Source: Chiloscyllium plagiosum
Lineage: Eukaryota
NCBI RefSeq assembly: GCF_004010195.1
Contig: NC_057728.1
Coordinates: 52,949,723 to 53,011,722, forward strand
Reading direction: 5' to 3'
DNA: 62,000 nt
Numbering within the stretch: the stretch's first letter is position 1; each line of letters opens with the position of its first letter. The notes beneath the pieces were generated by a model. The model was not told the origin of the DNA, did no database searches, and saw only the letters and a list, made by a program, of their open reading frames with translations. Both the position numbers and the translations under genes were made by a program. Shown piece after piece: positions 36,410 to 49,198 of the stretch.

Positions 36410-36822
36410 AGCACTATCAGCACCATTGGTTCCCTGACAAACCGTGCAAAGGCTCCGGGTACCGGTGTATCCGGATCAACCACAAAATGGACCCCATCAT
36501 CTGGAAGGCGGCGAACCGGATCGGACTGAGCGACCAGCAGGTCTTCCAGCTGCTGCCGAGCGAGCTCACCCTCTGGGTCGACCCTTACGAAGTGTCGTAC
36601 CGGATCGGCGAGGACGGCTCGATCTGCGTGCTGTACGAGGCTCGCCCCGGGGGCCACGGCCACCGCCGCCATCACCATCATCACCACCACCACCACCACC
36701 GCCTCGGCGTCGGCTCCCCCCCTCTGCCCTCCTTGGACGGCAGTCGGATCAGCTGCAAGGACGAGCTGCTGCTGGGCCGGACCAGTCCTTCCAAAAACTA
36801 CATGATGACCGTGTCCAGCTAG
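36410..36822 (+). CDS. BTG1: BTG1 coding exon 2 (total protein 185 aa)
   Basis: [28 protein letters not shown] (box A), [20 protein letters not shown] (box B), DGSICVLYE (box C), and BTG1-type tail [29 protein letters not shown] at 36820-36822. Confidence 0.95.
36670..36699 (+). repeat. CAY trinucleotide repeat encoding 10 His
   Basis: CAT CAC CAT CAT CAC CAC CAC CAC CAC CAC in frame. Confidence 0.95.
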
Positions 36823-37675
36823 TGGCAAAAAAAAGGGGAATTTATATATTAAAAAAAACACTTTCAAACTCCCACACCCCCTCTCTTTCTCTTCTCCCTT
36901 CCAAAAAAAATTCAAAATCTGCACTGGAAAGATTGTGTAGTGGGGGGGGCGGTGGGTAGGTGTTGTTTTGGATGGATGGGGTGGGAGGGTGGAAAAGAAA
37001 GGAAGGCGCCTTTATTATTTGGGACCCACACTGGGCTTTGTTTAGGTCGGTTATCTCTCTTAAATGTTAAGGAAGAGAGTAATGTAGCTCTCACACAGGC
37101 TGTGTGGCATTCAGGGAAAAACAGTCACATCTCAAATATTTCCAGCAATGTACCAAATCCAAACCAAAATTATATATTTTATATCTATATATAGGGATAT
37201 TTCTGTATGGGGAAGCGAAAACTGCCAGCTGTTTATCGCCTTTTACATATTCCTCAAAACAGTATTTTGACACTTGACAATTTGTCTTTTATATTTAAAA
37301 AAGTAAAATTAAGGATATGGTGATATATGTTTTTGAACTGGGTTTAAACAGCCTTTGTAGAGCTACAAGCACACTGCTCTTTAACATTTGACTAACCTAC
37401 TTTGAAATAGCTATATCTGTACATTGCTAGCCTAGGGTTTTTCTAAAGTGCCGTCTTTCATTTTTAGCACTGTTCAGTGAAGTGGATGCGGACTGTAGTT
37501 TCTCCTCTACCGTGATCAGGTAGCTTCACAAATGTTTGATTTGTGAATTCTGTTGACCATCTCTTGCTATTTGATAAATTATGAACTGCTGTAAATTTGT
37601 ACAGTTCATGTATATTGATTGTGGCAAAAATTGTACAGATTTCTATTTTGGAAGAGAAATTTTCTTCTCAATTAT

Positions 37676-37746
37676 AATAAAACATTTCCTATCTTGCCAT
37701 TTTAACAAGGACAAAAGTTGCCTTCCGTGTTTGGTTTTGGTTGGGG
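37676..37746 (+). terminator. BTG1 polyadenylation signal with downstream GU-rich element
   Basis: AATAAA 37676-37681, four upstream TGTA motifs (37590, 37598, 37609, 37632) and GTGTTTGGTTTTGGTTGGGG downstream. Confidence 0.75.
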
Positions 37747-40449
37747 AATGTTTCCAATTCCTTTGTCTAGTTGCAAAAGTATTCAGTATTGAAATTCTAA
37801 AAATTGATCTTAAAAGAGGAAGTGAAAAGTTAGTCTAAATGTCTGAACACAAATCTACAACAAATCAAGTGTTTTGAAACAATGTGTGGAAATTACAGAA
37901 CCTTTGCAGCCGCAGTCAGTTAAAATATCTGTAGAATGCTTGAGACTTGACTATGTCAAGATTGCCCAAAATACATTTTGAATGAGGGAAAAAAATTAAA
38001 AATAATGAAAGAGTTCATCTTTTGGGGATTTTAGTTGTGTTTTCCCCCTGCCCATACCACAAAATCTTAAGAATATGACCAGACAAGTCCCAATGAGCTT
38101 CTGATTGCTTGTTATTAATAGTGTAGGTGTGAAGGAGGGTGTGTGGTAAAGTGTACAACAAGTCTCAACATGTCAGATCAAGTCAAAGTTTCCTCAAAAA
38201 CCAAAAAAAAGGACTAATTACTTATTAGCTGTGGCTAGCTTGCATATGCAATCCCTGGCCCCCATGTCCCCTTTCAACATTTGATGCATTCAGAGTCGCT
38301 GTACCTCTGAAAAGTATTTCCAAACTTGGAGTAACAACAGGTACAAAATATGCCATTTAAAATAGGAGTTTGACTTCCACTCCTTTGGTACTGCTGAACT
38401 CAAAGGGGCAACGAATGATTTTGGCAGTGTTTATCTCCCACCATTCATCCTGAGACTTGAAATGGAGATTGAAACCATTTTTCAGTACAGACTGGATCTT
38501 GAGCAGCTGTTCAGCATTCATCCAAGCACCCACTGTTAAGTGACAGCTATGGTAAGTCCTGAAGACATTTTGTATCTCTTAAAAGGGTGTTAGCAAGAAA
38601 GTACTGTACAGGAGAGAAGACCTGATGCACTTTCAAAAGTTTTTAACATTTTTTAGTTAACCTATTTTTCTAATCAACGTGTTGTGCAAGGTAATATGCC
38701 TGTTAAATACTGAACATTAAAGAATACAAAGATTAATTTACTTTGATTAAGGTAAACACACCAGGCATGTGAAGAGGATAAGCCTTTTGTGGAGTTGAGT
38801 TCAACTCGAATGTTTTATCTTGTGAATAAGTTCAGCAACCTCATGGAATACACTTTTGCAATGTATGGCAAAGTTATCAACATATATTAAATTCACCCCA
38901 TATGTGACTCTTCCTTTATTAATAATCTTAAGTGCCCTTTTAATAATGGGAGAACATTATTTAAAAGCACTTGTCAGATTTTTATAGTTTGTTTTTGAAG
39001 GTAGTTCGGGTGTACAAATATATTTAAACATTGCAGGTTAATGACCCTGCTGATAGCTGTTCTCCTAGTTAAATGAACATTGACTTTGTAAAGATGTTTT
39101 GTAAGCTGTTTTTCATCAGTTTACAAATGCAAACTAACTTAATTTGCACATAATTTGTCATATGTGCATCTACTATGAGGAAAATTGCAAGGCTTCTTTC
39201 ACAAGACAAAAAGATTGCTAGAGATGCTTTTTTAAGACAGTGGCTGCTCAGCATTGATCAAGGGAGCAATGTTGGCTTAGATACATGGAATTGGAGAAGA
39301 GGACAATTACTGATTGACTTGCTATCTTTATAAGAATACACCAAGAACTAATATAATTCTAAACACATGGATATAATTTGAAATTCTGGGCAAAGGCAAG
39401 AAAGAGGTAGAAACTATATTTTGTTGAAACCACTATCCACTTTGGGAAGGGTAAAATATTTCTGAAGTTGCTGGGTGGCACAAAAGCAAAGTAAAATGAT
39501 CTAAGATTGTCACTGGAGTAACAAACACTGAAAATTCAGATTGATTTTATGGCATTTAGTTTCATGAATTAGCTTTGGAGAGTTTTTTTATTTCACACTG
39601 GTATATCGTTGGGATCAGCTGTTAAGAGAAAAATAATGCCAGAGGTTAGCAAATTCATGGATTTCTGAGCATTCAGTCGTCTGAATTGCTTGACAATTAT
39701 TGGCAAGACTTGTGCTTCAAAGAAAGGTTAGAGATGCATTCTTTTGGGTAGAATGCAAAATGGGAGCCTCTCATTTCTGGGAATATTGTTAAAAACATTG
39801 CAAGACATCAGCTTTATGTGTTCCCCGTTGGCATTGGCAAGAGTAAGAGTTTATGTGGTGCCTTTAGCGCATACAAGGTATCTCCAAGTACTTGACGCAC
39901 AGTAGTCTCAATCAGCACATTTTAAATAAGTCTCCAAAATTATATGATTCAGCTGAAATGTGTCTCTCCATTAATTTAAGCTTTCAACAGATCAGTGTTT
40001 GTTCAATTATTTCAGAAAAATCTTTTGAATCTACCATACCTCCACAACGTATGGGTACAGCAGTTCTTTCTATGACACATTATGATTGGATCAGCTGTTT
40101 ATAGACATTTTAAGCATTGGTTGCAACACATCACTGCTGAAAACATTGCTGTGTGGTCTTGCATATTCACCTGAGGTCACCCAGCAGTCTCCATTTAATG
40201 TCAGTTTTAATAAAGGGTAATTCTGACTGTAGCATTCCCGTAGTATCATGCTGACGTTAGTCTAATCTTTGGCACATATCTAGTGTGCTCTACCTTGTCC
40301 AAGAATGATTGAAATTTTTTTTGAAGTGTGGATAACAACAGTCGGGGCAGCTCTAACTTCTTTTCTGGATGAAAGGAGCCATGAAACACTAAATGCCAAC
40401 ATATAGAGGAGTGAGATTGCACCATCTACAAGAATCTCTTCACTAGACA

Positions 40450-40643
40450 GTTTAAAAAAATCACAACACCAGTTTATAGTCTCCACTACACTGCTCCTTC
40501 ATCAGGTGGTTCATCAACCATCTGACAAGGAGTGGCACTCCGAAAGCTAATGCTTCCAAATAAACCTGTTGGACTATAACCTGGTGTTGTGTGATTTTTA
40601 ATTTTGCCCACCCCAGTGCAACACTGGCACCTCCAAGTCATGG
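40450..40643 (+). mobile_element. Palindromic mini-PLE (family B), decayed
   Basis: Inverted arm carries rc CCAC-CTGATGA-AGGAG (40499-40505); sense arm CTGACAAGGAG..CTCC-GAAA-GC-TA. Degenerate TSD CTTCACTAGACA / CTTCTCTAGATA. Confidence 0.75.
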
Positions 40644-42049
40644 CTTCTCTAGATATGTAATGGAACTGCTGTGGCCATAGAATGGAATGCTGCCACATTC
40701 AATAGATTTTTTTGAAGTAATGGAGCAAGCATTAATCTGATAAACAATTGGGTTAGAGTTTAAGTGAATGGAGAGATACTTAAGCTGGGTCGTATGAATT
40801 GGGGGATTTGCAGTTAAAGAATTGATCTTCGTTATCATTGGTCAAGAAGGATAGGGTTCTGAAACAGACACTACCTCATGAGGTGCTAATATACTCTGAT
40901 AGAACTTGAATGTTGAGGGGAGGCATGTAGCAACAATATTTTGGGATGAATGAGTTGAGAGTGGAAGTCCAGAGGAAACCTCTAATCCAGTGGAGGAAAA
41001 GACAATGGATTTAGTCAAGCACAACAATTTGATGAAAAAAGTGATGACCAACCTTTGGCACAAGAACAAATGGTCGACTTGATCAGGAATGCACTGTCAG
41101 ATTTGTCAAAGTCTATGGAGATGATTCATCAAAAGAAAATGTTTAATGTGCTGAGAATTCATGAGCAAAAACCCTGCCCCACCCCAACACCAACTCCAAG
41201 CCAACAATTCCATCAGTTTTTCCTGACCCCCTATCTCCTGACTCAAATCTTCCAATTTGCAGCCAGCCTTATATTTTCCATTTTCTCTAAACTCATTCAA
41301 CCAACTTTCTGCCATTAATCTGAATTTACAGTAAGTATATCAGCCCTGATTGTTTCCCAATCTACTAAGGCCTCACAAACTATTGTTAGTTGTCAGAAAA
41401 AAACCCATCTCATTCACTAATGTCCTTTAGGGAATAAAATTATTATCCTTTCCTGGTGTGACTTATCTGTGATGGACTCAACTGCCTTCTAGGCAATTAG
41501 GGATAGACAATGAATGTTGATCTAGATAGAGATGTCCACCTTCTGTGAATGAAAAACAAACCTAAGGTTCTTTTTCGTGTTCAAATCCCTCCACAGCCTT
41601 GTTCCTCTCTCCCTATAAACTATCTCTGCCCTCAGAATTCTGTGCTCCTTCCAACATTTGCCTTTGTCTTCCTCCCTGAATTCGAGTGCACTCTTTGGGC
41701 ACTGCCTTATTATTAGGCCCTTGACTCTGTAATTTGCTGTAACATAAACATCATTTTGACTCCTGTCTCTTCCTTCATGACTCCTTAAGATCACTAATGA
41801 CTAATCTTTTTGTCACCTCACCAAATAATTTTGATTTTGTCAGATTTCTGATTTTGCCACTGTTGAGTATTTGGTACATGTCACTAAATTAGGCACATTT
41901 TAGATACAAGTTGTTAGTGAAAAAGTATTTATCAAATGCTTAAGACCATCTTTCTTGGTAGAAGATCTTGACCAGACTTTGAAGAAAAATCACTAATGGT
42001 GAGCAGTTGAAGAGAAATTCTAGCAAAGTTAAGTTTGGTAGCACAGATA

Positions 42050-43680
42050 GTGAAGATAATGGAAAGATGACCATACTCAGTTAGGTTTAGCATTACTATG
42101 CAAAGGGACAAAGAACAGGGGTAAAAATTCTGAATTAGGAGAAAAGCTTTACAAAATTGAGGGGTGATCTGGTCAAACCAGACTAGATGCAGCTACTTGA
42201 AGGAAAATCAGCAGGGGTTATTCAAAAGCGATTCTAAGGCACAGTGTAGTTATGACTCCACAAAGAGTAAGGATGGTACTGAAATCTAGAATACGGTAGT
42301 TATACAGAAACATAGGGTAAGATAAAGCCGAAAAAGAAAGTTGGCAGTCACTAAAAGAAACTTAAATTCATGGAAAGCCTAGAGGAGTATAGAAAATACA
42401 ATTGTGCAGTAAAAGGAAATTGGGAAGGCATTGAAACGTTATGAAAAATATTAGTAGGTAAAATGGATGAAAACCCAGAAATAGTTTATCAATACATTAA
42501 GAGAAACAAATTAAATAAGGAAAGGATAGGGCCCAATGTACAAAATACCCTGTAGTTTACATGTTAATGCAGATATGAGCAGAGTTCTTGTTGAATACTT
42601 TGCCTTCACATTGGAAAGGGATCATGCAGACAGTCTAGTCAAGGGGTATGAAATATTAGATACAACAAAGCATGATGTGAGAAGAGTACTTGAGGGACTG
42701 ACTTTCGAAGGTAGATAAATCACTGCAGCCCCATGGATTGCATCCCAGGCTGTTGCATGTAGTCTGGAGAATAGCATACGCTCTGATGATCATTTTCTAA
42801 TCTTTACCAGAATCAGGCAAAGTACCAGAGGATTGGAGGCCTGTGAATATTGTGCAAGGGATATGATTTGGAGATGCCGATGTTGGACTGGGTGGGGGGC
42901 TAACACCTTCAACATATTGTCTAGCTAACACCAATTGTTACAGTTAACCTGAGAATGCAGCTTTTAAAAATGAAAGAAATGATTTACACATGAAAGAAGT
43001 TAAACTATCATGGTATTCGAACAGATAAAAGGCTCAGCAGACAAACAAGGTATTTTTCAATGTATAATTTCAGTTACATCACACTAAACTTTTGCTATAA
43101 ATTCTTGCCTTACAATTGTGACCTCCACAACCACCTGAAGGAGTGGCGCTCCGAAAGCTAGTGTGCTTCCATTTAAATCTGTTGGACTATACCCTGGTGT
43201 TGTGTGATTTTTAACTTTGTGCAAGAGATAAGCCAAGTAAGTATAGGCTGGTCAGTCTGACTTTAGTGGGAAAATTATCACAATAGGTTCTGAGGGTAAA
43301 CTAAATTAAGAGGGAACGCACGGATAAATTAGGTGTTGTTAGAGCGATTTTGTTAAAGGCATGTCGTTTCTCATTAGCTAATTGAATTTTTTGAGGAAGT
43401 TACAAAGAGGATTAAAGGTACTGTAGTGGAAAGTTGGGCCTATACACATTGGGAGTTTAACAAAACAAGGGGGTGATCTTATTGAAACCTATAAGATCTC
43501 AAGGGGATAGTGTAGGATAAATACTGGAATGATATTTCCTCTTACAAGAGTGAGTCTAGATCTAGGAGAAGCAATAACAAGGTGAAGATTTTTTAAAAAT
43601 CTATAGGTTTGTGTAATTCTTCCCCAGAAAGCAGTGTACGGCAGGTTATTAAATATTCAAAGCAGAGTTAGACCAGGGAG
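42050..43680 (+). mobile_element. Highly degraded CR1 ORF2 with internal deletions
   Basis: Remnants GLHPRLL, PEDWRPVNI, YRLVSLT and RGDLIETYKI. Confidence 0.7.
42864..43216. mobile_element. PLE family B: inverted tail plus long pseudo-LTR
   Basis: rc tail ATGATTTGGAGATGCCGATGTTGGACTGGG, then about 320 nt ending CCACCTGAAGGAG..CTCC-GAAA-GC-TA-GTG... TSD TTGTGCAAGRGATA at 42850-42863 and 43217-43230. Confidence 0.8.
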
Positions 43681-43691
43681 TTGAAGGTTTC

Positions 43692-43912
43692 ATAAAATTC
43701 CTACAGTGCAGAAGGAGAGGTTTAGCCCAGGGAGTCTGCACTGACCCTTCAAAGTGCATCGCATCCAGGCCCACCCTATCCCAACAGACTGCATGCTTCT
43801 CCACACATCTCATGCAGACACGAAGAACGTGCAAGCTCTACATCAGCAGTCACCCAAGGCTGGGTCCCTAGTGCTGTGAGGCAGCAGTGTTAACCATTGT
43901 CACCATGCCATC
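43692..43912 (-). mobile_element. HE1-like SINE, internally deleted
   Basis: Reverse complement of the HE1-like head and tail. Confidence 0.7.
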
Positions 43913-44230
43913 CTTTAGATAGTGAAGGGGCAACCACAACCAGATTTATTATGAGGTTTCAGTAAACTAAGGGCCTACTCCTGCTCCTAAATCCTCTGAT
44001 CCTTTGACAACCTGCCCATCAGCTAGAACTTCCAGTTGCTTCATTAGCAGAGATTGAGAAGTCAGGTGAGTTGCAAACCTCAGTTGAACTGGGAATAGCA
44101 GAGAATTCACATTGGTCAACCTGACATCAAAGTTGCTAATTATGAATGGGTTGTTCTTACTGGAAAATCCTTTAAGGAGATCGTAGGCTGGATAGGACAG
44201 AAAAGGATTGAACCTTAACAAAAATTAGTA

Positions 44231-44472
44231 CAATAAAGCAAGAATTTGTGGGTGCTGGAAATTTGATACAAAAACAAATTGCTGGAGAAACTCAACAGAT
44301 TTAGCAGCATCTTGGGAGACAGAAACAAGTTAAAATAGAGTCTAGTGACCCTTTGGAACTACAACCAGTTTTGAAGAACAGTTACTGGACTTGAAACATT
44401 AAGTTTCTGTTTCTCTCTCTACAGATGTTACTAAACGTGTCGAGTTTCTCCAGTAATTTCTGTTTTGTTGTG
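44231..44472 (-). mobile_element. Palindromic mini-PLE (family C), old
   Basis: Imperfect inverted arms (AAATTGCTGGAGAAACTC / GAGTTTCTCCAGTAATTT) and degenerate TGAAGA..GAAAC. 13-bp TSD ACAAAAATTAGTA at 44218-44230 and 44473-44485. Confidence 0.75.
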
Positions 44473-45789
44473 ACAAAAATTAGTATATTCTCATCTCTCC
44501 CACTCTCATTCAGTGATTCCTGCTTCTGGCCCAACGGTATCTGCTTGATTTGAACTGAAAGGCATACTGCAGTTGAATAAGACCCTATCCTATGCACTGC
44601 ATTCATTTGTTTTCACAAAGGTCACCATGGTTCAAGTCCCACTTGAGAGACATGAGTGCAAAAGTGGACTGAACAGGGTTGGTTGTCCTGTTGGACGTCC
44701 TTCCATCTTTTGTATGAGAGCTTAAATTCTGTCTTCCCTCTCGGGTGGATACAAAGAATCCTAAAGCATTATTTGCAGAGGCAACAGAAGAATTTCCTGT
44801 TCTGCTTAGAAATGATGGTCAAGGGATCTTTAACATCCATCAAAGAGTGCAGTTGGAGTCTTGGTTAAATGTCTCCTTTGAAAGATAGCAACTCTGGGGA
44901 TTCAGCACTTTTCTGCTCTGGGTCCATTTGGTTAGATTTTGTGCTGTAGTTTGGAACTTGCACTCAATCTTCGTAATGACAACAGCACATTCCCCATGGA
45001 GTGACACAAATATGTGCAAGCATCTACTGTGAGGTATTGCAGCTGTAATTTGACTGTTGATTAGTATTTATAACAACATAAACAGATTCTATATGTAATA
45101 TCGTAATTCTGGACCACTTAATTAGTAGGTCAGATTAAATTGCTATGGACCATTGTCAATGATTTGACCAGACGTAATGATCCCTAGTATAAAATATCTC
45201 GATCAAAATTACTGTTGAATCTTTGCACTGAGAGAAATCATAACGTTGAGCAATATCCTTGAAGTCATTCTATAAATCATTTACTGAAAATAAATGTGTT
45301 ATTCATGAACTCATTATGCTCACTTAAGCTGAGTTCCCTTTTTGTTTGTTCAGGATTTAAGTGTATTGACTTCATACATTTTGCTGTGCTTTTGTTTGCA
45401 TAACCTTTCAGCTATAGAGAAATTGAACTAACTTGGCTTCTCAGACATGCTTGTTACATACAACATTCAGTTAAGTGTAGGACAAGAAGTAGTCCTGTAC
45501 TTCAAAGTTGAGGCAGTGCATCTACTTGGAATTTAGCATTAGAATCAAGCAAAGTTCTGATTGTTTTGATTTCATGCTTCAATTATAAAGACTTCACATT
45601 CTGTTTGAAAGTCTTCATGTTCTATACAATATTTTAGCCATTATTATTTGTTATTCAGGAAAGGGCATTATGTAACAACGGATAACTAAAGTTGGATATG
45701 ATTGTGCCAGAGTGCATAAGTATAATTATAATGAAGAGATGAGTTGCTTATTAAAATGACTGGCTCAGTTAGGTGGAAACACCAACCGA

Positions 45790-46148
45790 CAATTGTTCTT
45801 CTTTTGGCAGAGAAGCCGAAAGGTTGATTTAATAGAGGTGATATAAAAAGAGACTGTTTCTAAGCAGGAGTAACCAGAGGATACAGATTTAATAGTTCTC
45901 AAAGGAACTGAGGGGAGAAGTGAATGTGTTTTTTTTAACTGGACTTGTGATGATTTGGAATGCATAGGCTGGAATCAGATTTAATAATAACTTTCAAGAA
46001 GGAATTAGGACATATAGTCGAGAAAAAAAATGATTTGGAGAGCCACGAGGAAATAAGGGACAATGATACCAAGAGGATACATCTTTCGAAACATCCAGCT
46101 CAGGCACAATGGGCTTAGTGGCCTCCAGCTATGTAGTGAGATTCTAGA
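45790..46148 (+). mobile_element. Old CR1 3' fragment
   Basis: DLIEVI..TRGYRF..IWNA remnants. Confidence 0.6.
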
Positions 46149-49007
46149 CACCGACATGAGAGCTTAAGCGAGAAATGTCAAAGCTTATTTCATATTCAGG
46201 AAACTTCCACATTGATGTAAGTTGAGAGAAATAGTTTTGTTTCTGGCTTTAATTCAGCCTTAATATCAAGACATGACATCAAACAGTTCAAAGCATTTTG
46301 GTTTCAAAAAAAGTTCTAAAAATATGAGTGGAGATTAGCAGAACATTGCAGTTTTTGTATGGAAACATCAAGATATGTTTTACATTATTGTCCTGAAAAT
46401 TAGAATGGTTAGAGACCCAGCTTAGCCTGAAAAATGCAGAAAATGATTGAATAAAACAACCAGTTTTAATTAAGGATTTTGTCTTATTTTGTTCAGTTTC
46501 AGGAATACAAACAGGTTGTCAAATCTCCCTTTTTTGTTAATCTGTGTTAATACGTCATTATGTACAAGATTATACAGCCACACACTCCTTCATCTCTAGT
46601 GTCTTATATTTTGTTGAACATCTGTTCCCTACTGCTGTCTTTTTACCAAAAGAGAAATGAAACACAATCATGTGTACTTACAAAGGGTGCTATGCTTAAC
46701 CCAACAATCTATTCAAGATACAGGTTAAAACTAGTCTGTTGCTGAACATTACTTCTCTTTTATGTTTGAATGACAGTTACATGTATGGAGTTTTAGAGCC
46801 TTAATGTGGTAATAATATGTTTAGTGCTGAAACGTTGACAAGACAATGTCCACACCAATAAAGCCATGTCAAAACAGAAAGAAAATCCCCTAGGACTATG
46901 CCCTAGGACTATAAGTGTCCTAGAGCACTTCAGAGGAGGAAAACAAGACAGTATTTCACAGCGAGCCATATAAAGATGACCAAATGTTGGGGCAAAGAGT
47001 TGGGATTAAGCAGTACTTTAAAGGTGGAGAGTTTGGGATATGGGCAGATGTGTAGGGAGGGAATGCCAGAAGTTAGGGTCTAGACAGTCGAAGTTGGTAA
47101 TGAAAAGGACATCGGGGATGCACCTAGTGCAAATTGGAGAAAAGCAGAGATCCCTGGTTTTGGTGCCATATCTAAAAGATAGTTATACAGCCAGCCAAGC
47201 ACTCTGTTTGGAGCTGCCCTGCACAGTTCCTGACATTTGATTCAATGATGGACAGGAGGAAATCATCACCTTACTGGAGCTTCTGTTGGATGAGGTAGTG
47301 AACAGGTGAGCTTTTTTTTTCCCTTAAGAGCAGCATTGGAGGTAACGACACCAACCCATGCCAGTCTGCTCCATGGTTGCCACTTATGTTGAAACAGTCT
47401 CAGACAAGTAAAAGAATGTCAAACAATCTGGTTAATGTCCATCTCCAATCCACCAGCATAAGTGCCACATTTTTATCTGATACCTTCCTCTCACTCTAGT
47501 TCTGCTACTGCACCCATCTCTAACCAGGGGGTATCTTCTACCACTCTCACTAATGCATGCAACATCTTCCCCACTCACACTGCCACACCAATAACCCTGC
47601 ATGCCCTTTGTGCTGCCTATTTGCTTGAGAAACCTCTCCACTTTCACCAGCAATGATAGCTGTGCCACAAACTCATCTGTAAAACCTGCCTGACTCATTC
47701 TAGGAGAAATGCACCTAACAACTGGGCAGAAATAGTAGAGACAGATATCGTTCTGCTGGACATTTGCCTCTGCACCCTGTACATGCAGAACATCCTGAGT
47801 GACTGCCCTAAGCAGGGCCATGACTGTTATTGGGGGTTGTGCTGCAATTCCCTGAGTGAAGGCTATCTTCCTTGACTGGCCTGAGATTTGCTGACAACTG
47901 TGGAATCTTCCTGCCTTTGTGTGTATGAGGAATGGCATGGCAAGACAGTGCCATGCATTTCTGCACAAAGGCAAGGCAAGGGATACTGCGAGCATCTTGC
48001 TAAGCTTAGAGTAAATGCACACTGCACCACAACAGCGAGTGAAGAGACAATAGATGCAGACTGGTCCGATCCTTGAGATGGGTGCATGTCCCTGAGCACA
48101 AAATGTTCTAACTGCAGCTTTGCAGCAATTGTGTTGGTGCAGTCTGAGGTGACTCATTGATGTAAATAAGTGTCCTGCAAATGCCTCAGGCTGTGCCAAG
48201 ATGCTTTATAGAGATTGGCACATGTCAGATACCAATGTCAGTGGTCATGGGTGGGTGAGATCAGTGCCAATGGAGATATTCAAGATGTTGGCATCTCATA
48301 TACAACATGGAGGTAGTTTGGAATAAGTGGTGAATTGGCCACTTTTGATTTCCATGTCGAGTTTTAATAATGGCTAGTTTGTGGAGAGTTTGGTAAGATC
48401 ATAATCCATGGTGAGTTACATTTTTAAATTTTAAAATTTTAACACATCATTTAATAAGTAATGAAGGGAAAGAATTTGGAACTTACTGCTCCCTGGTGAG
48501 AACCATTTGAACAAAGTAGGGAAGCAGCGATGAGATCTCATTGTCAAGACAACCATCTACCATGTTTCTCACCATGGACTATTGCTCAGAATCTGGTAAG
48601 ACTCACCCCATGCATTATCTTTTGTGTATCCTTGCAGTCTTGTGGGCAATCCTTCACTTTTTTGAAGAAACCCAATGCTTAGGCCATTCTTTCCTGTGCC
48701 ACCTCCATGCATGGTGTCTAAGTTTTTTGTTTATGTATCTTGAGACTCTTAAATTGGTAAAGGAGTCTGTATCAATGCAAGTTGTTAACCAGATGAATTA
48801 AGTCTTGTTAGCATTGCACAATGCAGAGGAATCAATATTTTGAAAGATGGTAGTTATACCAGTTGTTGATTTCAAAATACATTGTAAATTACTTGATAAA
48901 TATTAAAATTTAAAAATTGTTTGCTTGGCAGCTGCTAGTAATGATTCTACTTTCCAATTTGCATTCCACTTTGTCATTTAATCTCACCTGCCTTTCATTC
49001 TATTATG

Positions 49008-49198
49008 AGACAGTGAGGTCTGCAGATGCTGGAGATCAGAGTTGAGAGTGTGTTGCTGGAAAAGCACAGCAGATCAGGCAGCATCCGAGGAGCAGGAAAA
49101 CCGATGTTTCTGATGAAGGCCTCCGGCCCGAAACGTCAATTTCCCTGCTCCTCGGATGCTGCCTGACCTGCTGTGCTTTTCCAGCAACACACTCTCAA
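49008..49198 (-). mobile_element. Palindromic mini-PLE (family A)
   Basis: Tail on the left and about 70-bp inverted arms. Plus-strand CTGATGA 49110-49116..GAAACGTC. TSD CTTTCATTCTATTATG at 48992-49007 and 49199-49214. Confidence 0.88.

Larger units (their letters stand above)
35270..36830. other. CpG-rich island over the BTG1 promoter, exon 1, intron and exon 2 CDS
   Basis: Visibly dense CpG dinucleotides against CpG-depleted flanks; not computed. Confidence 0.75.

Noticed and set aside
35817..36822. Assignment as BTG2
   Set aside because: Diagnostic segments ([36 protein letters not shown]) match BTG1; MKPEI and DPII are the main BTG2-like residues. Synteny is not visible in the window.
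36444..36959. 171-aa Pro-rich overlapping ORF and 192-aa antisense ORF (36346-36924)
   Set aside because: By-products of GC-rich BTG1 codons and the CAC repeat; non-ATG start for the plus ORF and no recognisable domain.
47432..48199. 255-aa minus-strand ORF as a host gene
   Set aside because: Non-ATG start, no recognisable domain and no splice context.
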